Shown here piece by piece: positions 13,545-24,537 of a stretch of DNA of 64,000 nucleotides. Position 1 is the stretch's first letter, and each line of letters opens with the position of its first letter. The DNA comes from Mobula hypostoma. Its lineage: Eukaryota. Under the pieces are notes generated by a model that worked only from the letters and a program-made list of their open reading frames with translations, was not told where the DNA came from and ran no database searches. The position numbers were made by a program, and so were the translations under genes. The DNA lies in contig NC_086097.1 in assembly GCF_963921235.1 (NCBI RefSeq), forward strand, positions 25,050,001 to 25,114,000. The letters are read 5' to 3'.

Positions 13545-14164
13545 CGGGGGTGATTAATAAGTTTGTGGCCTAAGGTAGAAGGAGTCAATTTTAGAAAACC
13601 TAGCACATTTATTTTTTCCTACGTTTACACACTTAGTCCAGCAGTCGTGGAGCATACGGATCCCTTCTTTGTAGAAGTCGGTGTCTTAGACCTCCAGATG
13701 TGGTCCCCAGCAGGGGTGATTGATAAGTTCGTGGCCTAAGGTAGAAGGAGATGTGTTATTACCTTCAAACTTTCTGCATTTTCACTCAGAGTTGAACTGC
13801 ACATGCATGTAACGAGAGCTGTATAACTCATCTCCGTCTACCTTAGGCCACGAACTTATCAATCACCCCTGCTGTGGACCACCTGGAGGTCCAAGATGCT
13901 CTCGTTACATCACATGCAGTTCAACTCTCTGAGTGATAATGCAGAAAGTTTGAAGTTACTAACCCATCTCCTTCTACCTTAGGCCACAAACTTATCAATC
14001 ACCCTTGCTGTGGACACTTTCTGGAGGTCCAAGATCCGTATGCTCCACGACCGCTGGACTAAGTGTGCAAATGTAGGACGGGACTATGTTGAAAAATAAA
14101 TGTGCTAGGTTTTCTAAAATTGACTCCTTCTACCTTAGGCCACAAACTTATCAATCACCCCTTG
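13545..14164. mobile_element. Palindromic mariner-derived MITE with TA target duplication and five TIR copies
   Basis: TA at 13543-44 and 14165-66; TIR cg(a/g)ggggtgatt(a/g)ataagtttgtggcctaaggtagaaggag; both arms encode the mariner C-terminus (FYKEGIRMLHDCWTKCVNVG on minus; IRMLHDRWTKCANVGRDYVEK* on plus). Confidence 0.9.
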
Positions 14165-14182
14165 TAAATTCACAACTCCTTG

Positions 14183-14865
14183 GATTAGATTATGAGAACA
14201 CTCAGTTCTCGTTTATTGTCATTTAGAAATGCATGCATGCATTAAGAAATGATACAATGTTCTTCCAGAGTGACAGCACAGAAAAACAGGACAAACCAAA
14301 GACTAACACTGACAGAAACCCATAATTATAACATATAGTTACAGCAGTGCAAAGCAATACCATAATTTGATAAAGAACAGATCATAGGCACAGTAAATAA
14401 AGTCTCAAAGTCCCGAGTCGATCGACTCCCGAGTCCCCGATAGCAGGCGGCAAAGGGAGAAACTCCCTGCCATAAACCTCCAGGCACCGACAACTCCCAA
14501 TGCATTGGAAGCACCCGACCATAGCTGACACTGAGTCCATCCGTCCAAAAACTTCCAGCCTCCGACCAGCCTCTCCAATACAGCCTCCCAAGCACCATCC
14601 TCTGCCGAGCGACTTCGACCTCGTCCCGGCCACCGAAACAAGCAAACCCAAGGATTCGGGGCCTTCTCCTCCGGAGATTCCGGACCACACAGTAACAGCC
14701 AGCAAAGCGGGCATTTCAGAAGTTTCTCCAGATGTTCCTCCGTACTCTCACGTCTGTCTCCATCAAATCAGAACTGTGCACGGTCCCCTACTTAACAAAT
14801 AACAGACATCACCACCGAAGTGGCCGCACGCCCTGCGTCGCGCCGCCATCTTCTCCTCCTCCTCC
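14183..14865 (-). mobile_element. Young non-autonomous Rex/L2-type element
   Basis: 5' end aagatggcggcgcgacgcagg on minus strand; CpG-rich body; LINE-like 3' end tgacaataaacgag..ataatctaatc. Confidence 0.65.
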
Positions 14866-15139
14866 TCTGTTAGTAAGGATAATGGAAGTTCCGTGCAAGG
14901 TCCAGGTTAAAAACAGTTTGCATTTATGTAGCAGCATTGACAGAGTGAAATATCCCAAGATACTTCACCAGACACAACTCCACACAGTCAGGGGTCTGGT
15001 TTCAACCTGGTTCCCTGGCATTGTGAGGCAGCAGCTCTGTCAGCCACCACAATGAACAAGATTAGCATGAAGCTCACTACCTTGAGGTAAGGGATCAGTG
15101 CACAGTTTCCAGAGTTCTGTGGAGCAGGTAAATCCTGGA

Positions 15140-15660
15140 CACGGAGTTACTGCAGATGCTGGAAATCCGGAGCAACACACACAAAATGCTGGAAGAACTC
15201 AGCCGGCCAGACAGAAGAGTCAACATTCTGGGCCGAGACCCTTAAAAAGGATAGGGGGAAGAAGCCATGATAAGAAGGTGGGGGAGAGGAAGGGATACAA
15301 GCTGGCAGGTAATAGGTGAGATTAGATTAGGGGGAAAGTAGGTGGATAGAGAGGGGTGGGATGAAGTGAGAAGCTAGAAGGTGATAGGTGAGAAAGGCAA
15401 AGACTGAAGAAGGAGGAATCTAATAGGAGTGGGGAGTGGAGCATGGAGAAAAGGAAGGAAGAGGGCCACCAGAGGAAGGTGATAGGCAGGCGAGGAGAAG
15501 AGTGGGGAGTAAGAGGGGAGCCAAATTAGAGAATGGAAAAAGAGCATCAGGACTGGAAACAAAGAGAAAAGGAGCCTGAGTAACAAGGTGGGGCAAGGAG
15601 AAGGTGTACAAGCTAGAAGATGATAAGCAAAGTCGGATGAGGGGGAAGGTAGCTGGTGAC
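15140..15660 (-). mobile_element. Neptune-type PLE 3' UTR/pLTR fragment
   Basis: ctgcagatgctggaaatcc..cacacaaaatgctgg..gggccgagaccct followed by purine-rich UTR. Confidence 0.75.
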
Positions 15661-16720
15661 AAAATCTTGATTTAGCTTTATAAAACTATGAAAGGCTCAT
15701 AGACTAGACAGTTGGTATCCTTCTCCCAGAGTCAAAATGCTTAATACTATAGAGGGCATGCATTTGAGGAGAGAAAGGGATAGTTCAAAGGAGGTTTTTT
15801 ACACAGGGTGTTGTAGGTGCCTGGAATGCACGGCCAGCAGTGGTAGTGGAGGCAGACATGATAGAAGTGTTCAAGAGACTCTTAGATAGGCACATGAATA
15901 TGCAGGGAGGGAAGAGGTATGGACTATGTGCTGGCAGAACGCAGACCATAGAACAGTACCAACAGTACAGGCCTTTTGGCCCACGATGCTGTGCTGACCT
16001 TTTAGCGCATTCCAAGATTAATCTAATCCTTCGCTCCCCCATATCTCACCATTGTTCTTTCGTCCATGAGCCTATCTAAGAGTCGCTTTAACGTCCCCAA
16101 TTATCTGCCTCTACCATTATCCCTGGTAGTGTGTTTCACACCCCTCCCACTCTGTATAAAAAACCTACCTCTGACATCATCCCATATACTTCCCCCCCAA
16201 GCACCTAAAAATTATACCTTCTTGTAGTAGCTACTTCCACCATAGGAAAAAGCCACTGGCTGCCCACCCCCTCTATGCCTCTTATCACCTTATACATTTC
16301 GATCAAGTCATCTCTCATCCTCCTTCGCTCCAAAGAGAAAAGCCCTAGCTCACTCAACCTATACTCACGAGACATGCTCTCTAATCCAGACAACATCCTG
16401 GTAAATCCTCCCCCTATGCCCTATGTGCCATGATGTGGTGCTGATCTTTTAACCTTCTCTAAAATCAAGCTAATTCTTCCCCCCTACAGACCATTTTTCC
16501 TTCATCCATGTGCCTAAGAGTTTTTTAAATGAAAAAAAAGTTTCCAATGTCTGCCTCTACCATTGCCCCTAGCAGCACATTCCATGCACCTACCTCTGAT
16601 ATCCCCCCTATACTTCCCTCCTTAAAATTACGCTCCCTCATATTAGCCATTTACTCTCAGAAAAAGTCTCTGGCTGTCCAATCAGTCCATGCATCTTATC
16701 ACCTTGTATCTCTTTTCTTC
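15660..16720. mobile_element. CR1 3' fragments (plus at 15660-15930; minus at 15945-16720)
   Basis: RLSELGLFSLERRRMRDDLIEMYK; VVEADMIEVFKRLLDRHM. Confidence 0.8.
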
Positions 16721-17014
16721 ACTATTCCACAACACTCTTTTCCAATCCCCCTAATTCCTTGTTGGTGTCGATCCTCTCTCAACCTTGTCCTCTTTCACCT
16801 CCACTAGCTCCTGTTAAGTAATATGTCATCTGTAAAATTTTAACTTGTGGTTTTGAAATCTCTCCACGTTATCACCCCTCCTCATCTGTAATCTCTTCTG
16901 ACTCTTAAATCCACCGAGATATCTGCATTCCTCAAATTCTGACCTCCAGACCTTCACCAAATGCTATCAGGCCACTACTTCAGCTGTCCATATGCTGAAT
17001 GATGGAATTCCTAG

Positions 17015-17500
17015 TGGCTAAGTTTCATTAGGAAATTGAGGAGATTTGGTATGTTAACAAAGCCTCTATCAAATTTCTGCGGACTTACGGTGGAGAGCAT
17101 TCTGACTGGTTGTATCACTGTCTGGCATAGAGGCGCCAATGCACAAGACCAGAAAATGCTGCAGATGGTCGTAGACTCTGCCAGCTCCCCCCATGGGCAC
17201 AAGCCTCCACACCATTGAGGGTATCTTCAAATGGTAATGTCTCAAAAAGCCGACATCCATCATTAAGGACGGTCACCATCAAGATCAAGCTTCTCATTGC
17301 TACCATCAGGGAGGCAAAACAGAATCCTGAAGACACCGACTCAGTGTTGTAGGAACAGCTTCTTTTCCTCCGCCACCAGATTTCTGAATGGTCCATAAAC
17401 CCATGAATGCTATCTTACTAATTTGCTTTCTTTACTGTATATTGCTGCTGCAAAAATAACATATTTCATGAATATGTTAATGGTAATAAACCTGATTCAT
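17015..17500 (+). mobile_element. Rex1-type 3' fragment
   Basis: RRFGMLTKPLSNFCGLTVESILTGCITVWH...LQMVVDSA. Confidence 0.8.
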
Positions 17501-18018
17501 ATGCTGCCCGTTAAAACTAATATCTAATCAGCAGCAACTCAATGCATAAAAACATGCAGACATGGTGAAGAGGTCAGTTGTTGTTCAGACCAAACATCAA
17601 AATGGGGCAGAAATGTGACCTGAGTGACTTTGACCATGGAATGAATGATTGTTAGTGCCAGGCGTGGTATCTCAGGAACTGTTGATCTCCTGGAATTTTC
17701 ACATACAACAATCTCTGGAGTTTACAGAGAATGGTGCAAAAAACAAAAAACATCCAGTGAGCAGCAATTCTGTGGGCAGAAACACCTCGTTAATGAGGGA
17801 GGTCAGAGAAGTATGGCCAGAGTGGTTCAAACTCACAGGAAGGCGACAGTAACTCAGGGAACCGTCTATTACAACAGTGCTCGGCTGTGGGCGTTTCTCA
17901 ACACACTACATGTTGAACCTGGAAGCAGTTGGGCTACAGCGGTGGAAAACCACGACCATACACTCAGTGGCCACATTTTTAGGTACAGAAGGTACATAAA
18001 TAAAGCGGCCACTGAGTG
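17500..18018 (+). mobile_element. Tc1-like DNA transposon deletion derivative (N-terminal HTH region)
   Basis: MIVSARRGISGTVDLLEFSHTTISGVYREW..KTSSEQQFCGQKHLVNEGGQRSMARVVQTHRKAT; TIR-like cactcagtggccac..taggtac / aaagcggccactgagtg. Confidence 0.85.
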
Positions 18019-18279
18019 CACGTCAGTGATAATAAACCCGATTCTGAAGCATAACTTGTCACAAGGCTATTGGTGGAGTCTGGAGAATTGGGGTCAGAAT
18101 CCAATGTCTGGTCCCACTCGCTGTCTGTGGCCCCTCCATGTCAACTCCGGCACAATGGAAACCAGACAGCAACAGCTCAGAGAAACTGTGGAAGGTGAAT
18201 ACAGGGCAGATCAAGCACAAAGCACTCCGCACAAAAGACTAGTGAAAGATAGGGTGAGTGCTACCTTCTTTTGGTGCCC

Positions 18280-18920
18280 AGTAGCATAGTGTGTAACACG
18301 TTACAGCACCAGCAACTGGGGCTCAATTTCCACTGCTGTCTGTAAGGAGTTTCTATGCTCTCCTCATGAATTCATGGGTCTCCTCCAAGTCCTCCAGTTT
18401 CCTCTCATATTCCAAAGCCATATGGGTTAGGATTGGCGCCTGGCTATGTAGTTAAGGCGTTGGTCTAGTGATCTGAAGGTCTCTAGTTCGAGCCTCAGCT
18501 GAGGCAGCGTGTTGTGTCCTTGAGCAAGACACTTAACCACACATTGCTCTGCGACGACACCGGTGCCAAGCTATATCTGCCCTTGTGCCCTTCCCCTGGA
18601 CAAAATCGGTGGCGTGGAGAGGGGAGACTCGCAGCATGGGCAACTGCTGGTCTTCCATATAATTGCCCAGGCCTGCGCCCTGGAAACTTTCCAAGGCGCA
18701 AATCTATGGTCTCATGAGACTAATGGATGCCTATTATTATGGGTTAGGACTAGTTAGGATTAGCATGCCCACAGCATAACATGGGCATGCTATGTTAGTG
18801 CCAGAAGTAGTGACACTGTGGGGCTGCTCCCTACACACTCTCACGTTGTGTTGTTTGTTAATGCAAACAACGCATTTCACTGTATGTTTCGATGTACACG
18901 TGTATCCTTTATCCTTATCT
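18280..18920 (+). mobile_element. V-SINE/HE1-like SINE split by a second SINE
   Basis: tRNA head and V-domain at 18280-18432; tail gggcatgctatgttagtgcc..catttcactgtatgtttcgatgtacac at 18780-18905. Confidence 0.75.
18435..18737 (+). mobile_element. tRNA-derived SINE with CORE-like domain, full length with TSD
   Basis: A box tggctatgtagttaagg, B box agttcgagcc, gtgtccttgagcaagacacttaacc; (tat)n tail; TSD tatgggttagga at 18421-18432 and 18738-18749. Confidence 0.8.
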
Positions 18921-20319
18921 TTATCTTCAAAAGGAAAATAGATTTATACTTGAACAGGAAAACCTTGGTGGGCAATGGGAAAACTGACGGGGATTGGGAC
19001 TAGCTAGATGGTTGCCATCAAATTAGTCTCAATTCGGGCATAGGCATGACAAACAAATGACCTCCATCCACTCCGTGTGAATTCTAAGGTAGAATCAACT
19101 GATGTGTTCAGTCCGGCAAAACTTGACTGGCAAACACATTTGTTGTTAAGTAATTGGGCTGATTAAAGTCAGTGGTACCTTGTTTCCAGGATTGAAATGT
19201 CTAATGACGTTTTAAATTAAGGTGAGAAGGGAGACTTCAAAGGAGATGTGTAGGGCCAGGTTTTTAACACACTGAGATGCCTGCAGATGTCTGGAATGGC
19301 CTGCCAGGGATGGTGATGGAGGCAGATAGGTTAGACGTGTTTAAGAGGCTCTTAGATTGGCAAATGAATGTGCAAGGAATGCAGGGATATGGACCACATT
19401 CAGGCGAAAAGGATTCACATCATTATAAACACTACAGACTCTTGCAGATGCTGGAAATCCAGAGAAACACATACAAAATTCTGCAGGAACTCAGTAGGTC
19501 AGGCAGCATCTATAAACAGCCGATACTTTGGGATGAGCCCTTTAATCAAGACATTAGCATAATTAGTTTGGCACAACATTGTGGTCCGAATGCCCTCTGC
19601 AGTTCGGTACGGGAGAGTCTAAGACCAGAGGACACAGCCTCAGAATAGAGGGGCATCCTTTTAGAACAGAGATGAGGAGGAATTTCTTTAGCCAGAGAGT
19701 GGTGAATCTGTGGAATTCTTTGCCACTGGCAGCTGTGGAGTGGGACATTGCGGCTGGGAGGAAAAGTGGATCAGCCATGATGCCTGTTTCTGCTCCTATA
19801 TCTTATGGTCTTCTGGTCTTATATTTATTCTGTGTTTCGTCCTGCATTTTTGGTGATCCCAGGTCAGGAGGAATGGCCTCCCACCACAGGGACTGGTTTT
19901 GACTGCTGCCCAGCCTGGTCTCAACATGCTGACCTGAGAAGTTCTGCCTGGACAGCTCCAGGTGACAAAACTGGCCACCTCTCAAAAGCAAATGGTGAAA
20001 CTTGGAACAGAGCTGACACAAACACTGAACTGGTGCTATAAATAGCTTGCCATAAAGTGCATTGCGAAGGGGAGTGAGGCTTGGAAAACATCGAGTGAAA
20101 GAGTTCCAAAGCACACACTAGTTATTTTCTCACATGCCCGAGCTAGTGTGGGACAGTAGTCCCTAACGTTATTCTCGAGGTGCACAATAATGGGATTACT
20201 AGACTAGAAATCCAGAGGACTCTTAGACAATTGAAAATTCAAGTTCACTTATCATGGGTTCAACAAAACATACAGTGAAATGTGTCTGAAAAGTATTTTT
20301 GCCGTGGATAGACATATCA

Positions 20320-20853
20320 GAATGGGAACGGTTGGAGGAACAACACCTTATATTCCGTCTGGGTAGCCTCCAACCTGATGGCATGAACATTGACTTCTCT
20401 AACTTCTGTTAGTGCCCCACCTCCCCCTTGTACCCAATCCGTTGTTTGTTTGTTTATTTATTTACTTATTTATTTATTTGTTTATTTATTTATTTATTTA
20501 TATGCACACTTTCTTTTTCTTTCTCTCCTTTTTCTCCCTCTGTCCCTCTCACTATACCCCTTGCCCATCCTCTGGGCTTTTTTTACCCCCTCCCCCTTTT
20601 CTTCCTCCCTAGGCCTCCTGTCACATGATCCTCTCATATCCCAATCAACTGTCCAGCTCTTGGCTCCATCCCTCCCCCTCCTGTCTTCTCCTGTCATTTC
20701 AGATCTCCCCCTCCCCTTCCCACTTCCAAATCTTTTACTAGCTCTTCTTTCAGTTAGTCCTGACGAAGGGTCTCGGCCCGAAACGTCGATTGTACCTCTT
20801 CCTAGAGATGCTGCCTGGCCTGCTGCGTTCACCAGCAACTTCTATGTGTGTTG
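20320..20853 (+). mobile_element. Neptune-type PLE 3' end (end of GIY-YIG ORF plus pLTR with hammerhead motif)
   Basis: RLEEQHLIFRLGSLQPDGMNIDFSNF; (ttta)n; close match to 28339-28870. Confidence 0.9.
20756..20791 (+). ncRNA. Minimal type I hammerhead ribozyme motif
   Basis: agtc-CTGACGA-a-gggtctcggccc-GAAA-c-GTC-gatt; predicted cleavage after 20787. Confidence 0.75.
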
Positions 20854-21073
20854 AGTAAAACGTGACCCTTGCGTTAACAAACAACACATCTGAGGGTGTG
20901 CTGGGGCAGCCCACAGGTAGCTGCACACACTCTGGTACCAACATAGCATGCCCATAATGCTCAGCAAAACAACACAGAACACAAGAAGCAACAACAGCAA
21001 ATAGTAGCCCCCTTCCTCCCTCCACCCACACACATAGACAGTCCTTTCACACCAAGAGAGGACTCAAGCCTCC

Positions 21074-21245
21074 AGCCTCAGTTAATCACGTAGTGGAGTA
21101 AAACATTGCGAGTTCACAGACACGAAGCCTGGAGGAGTCACGGCAGGCCCAGAGCCTCAGCCTCAGTTAATCACATAGTGGAGTAAAACATTGCGAGTTC
21201 ACAGACACGAAGCCTGGAGGAGCCGGGGCAGGCCCAGAGCCTCAG
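21074..21245. repeat. 85-bp tandem duplication (2 copies)
   Basis: gttaatcac.tagtggagtaaaacattgcgagttcacagacacgaagcctggaggag begins at 21081 and 21166. Confidence 0.9.
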
Positions 21246-21721
21246 CGGAGTAAACGCCTCAGAGCAGCGAGCAGAACCAGCATGACCCTCGCCTCTGGTC
21301 AGGATACTCTTCCTTTTCAATCGGTTAAATTGCCCCAACATCAAAGTCATTCCTCGCTCTAAGACCTGGGCCTCTTATCTAAGAAACGATGCACTGGCAT
21401 TGGAGAGGGGCAAGAGGATATTCACGAGAATGATCTCAGGAACAAAAGGAGTGAATGCAGGTGGGGCGTTTGATGCCTCTGGTCTTGTACCCGCTGGAGA
21501 TTAGAGGAATGGGGCTGGGGGAAGATCATCGCTGAAACCTATGTTTCCAACAGTGGCAGAGCCTAGGACCTGAGGGCAGGCCTTTGGGTCAGTGATGAAG
21601 ACGAGTCCGAGGATGGTGAATCTGGGGAATTCATTGATGTAGAAGGCTGTGGAGCCCAGGTCATTGGGTGTCAAAGGTTACAGGGAGAATGGGGTTGAGA
21701 AGGATAAACTTCTCGTCAATC

Positions 21722-22055
21722 ACAGAGGGGATGGTACATGGTGATTAGGAGGAGGTTTCCTCACAAAAGTTTTAACCTGATACCACAAAAATGTACATGA
21801 GGATTTCATAGTCATTCCAGTCTGCAATGGACTTTAGCGAAGATAATCAGCTTGTTTTAGGTAATATTTTCATGCAGAGTTGAACAGCTCAAGTGGCTTG
21901 TTCTGTTGACACACTGAACTGTGCAAATCCTAAACCAACAGAAATGTAAATCCTTAATCAGACTAACAAACAAAGGCAACAGTGTGTAGGATTAACTGCC
22001 AACATACAAAATGCTTCAAGATTATTTCTCATTAACTGAGGGGTGCCTAGCACTC
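21722..22055. repeat. Low-copy block, direct paralog of 47160-47720
   Basis: Shared acctgataccacaaaaa, aatggactttag.gaagataatcagcttgtttt, cagaaatgtaaatccttaatcagactaacaaacaaagg. Confidence 0.85.
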
Positions 22056-22345
22056 AGCTCAGATATGCCCTGATTGCAGTGTGGTCCGAAGGAACTGTAG
22101 CCAATGCACAAATGTAGCACACAGTCTGGGTCAGACTGGTTCCCGTCACTTCACGCCAGTCCACTGTACAGTATGGCTGGGAAAGGTCCAAAATGTATTG
22201 GATTGGAAGCAAAAGATCACTTAGCATCGTAAATCTGAGTATTGACTACAGAAGTTGGGGTGCTATGTATAAGACATTAGTCAGGTCTTATTTGGAGTAT
22301 TGCATGCAGTTCTGGTAACATATCTACAGAAAGATATCAGTAAGA

Positions 22346-24433
22346 CCTAAGACCATAAGACAAAGAAGCAGAAGTCGGCCATTCAGCCCATCGAGTCTGC
22401 TCCGCCATTTTATCATGAGCTGATCCATTCTCCCATTTAGTCCCACTCCCCCACCTTCTCACCATAACCTTTGATGTCCTGGGTACTCAGATACCTATCA
22501 ATCTCTGCCTTAATTACACCCAATGACTTGGCCTCCACTGCCGCCCGTGGCAACCAATTCCATAGATTCACCACCCTCTGACTAAAAAAATTTCTTCACA
22601 TTTCTGTTCTGAATGGGCACCCTTCAATCCTTAAGTCATGCCCTCTCGTACTAGACTCCCCCATCATGGGAAACAACTTTGCCACATCCACTCTGTCCAT
22701 GCCTTTCAATATTCGAAATGTTTCTATGAGGTCTCCCCTCATTCTTCTAAACTTCAAGGAATACAGTCCAAGAGCAGACAAACGTTCCTCATATGTTAAC
22801 CCTCTCATTCCCAGAATCTTTCTAGTGAATCTTCTCTGTACCCTCTCCAACGTCAGCACATCCTTTCTTAAATAAGGAGACCAAAACTGCCCACAGTACT
22901 CCAAGTGAGGTCTCACCAGTGCATTATAGAGCCTCAACATCACAGCCCTGCTCCTATACTCTATGAGGACTCCCAAGTCCCGTTGCATCTCAGAACTTTG
23001 AATTCTTTCCCTACTTAAATAATAGTCTGCCCATTTATTATTTCTGCCAAAGTGCATAACCATACACTTTCCAACATTGTACTTCATTTGCCACTTCTCT
23101 GCCCATTCTTCCAATCTATCCAAGTCTCTCTGCAGACTCTCCGTTTCCTCAGCACTACCGGCCCCTCCACCTATCTTCATATCATCAGCAAACTTAGCCA
23201 CAAAGCCATCTATTCCATAATCCAAATCGTTGATGTACAATGTAAAAAGAAGCGGCCCCAACACAGACCACTGCGGAACACCACTGGTAACCGGCAGCCA
23301 ACCAGAATAGGATCCCTTTATTCCCACTCTTTGTTTCCTGCCAATCAGCCAACACTCTATCCACGTATGTAACTTTCCCATAATTCCATGGGCTCTTATC
23401 TTGTTAAGTAGCCTCATGTGTGGCACCTTGTCAAAGGCCTTCTGAAAATCCAAATATACAACATCCACTGCATCTCCCTTGTCTAGCCTACTGGTAATTT
23501 CCTCAAAAAATTGTAATAGGTTTGTCAGGCAGGATTTTCCTTTAAGGAATCCATGCTGAGTTCTGCCTATCTTGTCATATGCCTCCAGGTACTCTGTGAC
23601 CTCATCCTTGACAATCGACTCCAACAACTTCCCAAAAACCGATGTCAAGCTAACAGGTCTATAAGCTCCTTTTTGCTTCCTTGCCCCCTTCTTAAATAGC
23701 GGAGTGACATTTGCAATCTTCTAGTGCTGCGGAATCATGCCAGAATCTATCAACTTTTGAAAGATCATCGCTAATGCCTCCACAATCTCCACAGCTACTT
23801 CCTTCAGAACACGCGGGTGCATTCCATCTGGTTCGGGAGATTTATCTACCTTTAGACTATTCAGCTTCCTGAGTACTTTCTCTGTTGTAATTGTGACTGC
23901 ACACACTTCTCTTCCCTGCCACCCTTGAGTGTCTGGTATACTGCTGATGTCTTCCTCAGTGAAGACTGATGCAAAATACTCGTTGAGTTCCTCTGCCATC
24001 TCCTTATCTTCCAATACAATTTCTCCAGCATCATTTTCTATCGGTCATATATCTATTCTCACCTGTCTTTTACTCTTTATATACTTGAAAAAGCTATTAG
24101 TATCCTCTTTGATATTATTTGCTAGCTTCCTTTCATAGTTAATCTTTTCCCTCTTAATGACCTTCTTGGTTTCCTTTTGTAAGGTTTTAAAAACTTCCCA
24201 ATCCTCTGTCTTCCCACTAATTTTTGCTTCCTTGTATGCCCTCTCCTTTGCTTTAACTTTGGCTTTGACTTCCCTTGTCAACCACGGTTGCATCCTTTTT
24301 CCACTCGAAAATTTCTTCTTTTTTGGAATATACCTGTCTTGCACCTTCTTCACTTCTCACATAAACTCCAGCCACTGCTGCTCTGCCGTCTTTCCCGCCA
24401 ATGTCCCTTTCCAGTCAACTTTGGCCAACTCTT
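22346..24433 (-). mobile_element. Young 5'-truncated CR1 LINE (RT domain, ORF 22596-23648) inserted in an older plus-strand CR1
   Basis: [48 protein letters not shown]; (tcttatgg)n tail; TSD tca(g/a)taaga at 22337-22345 and 24434-24442. Confidence 0.95.
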
Positions 24434-24537
24434 TCAATAAGATTGAAAGAGTGCCGAAAACATTTACAAGGAGGTTGCTGGGACCTGGGGACCTGGGGAC
24501 CTGATTTATGGGGAAAGATTGAAAAGTTTAGAACTTT

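Noticed and set aside
13545..14164. CRISPR-like spaced ~39-bp repeats
   Set aside because: Repeats are in both orientations and are mariner TIRs; the intervening sequence is transposon-derived
17645..18289. 214-aa ORF as a host gene
   Set aside because: The N-terminal half is a decayed Tc1 transposase and the rest is read-through across the TIR
18435..18510. tRNA gene
   Set aside because: A/B boxes are the head of a TSD-flanked SINE; no complete cloverleaf or poly-T terminator
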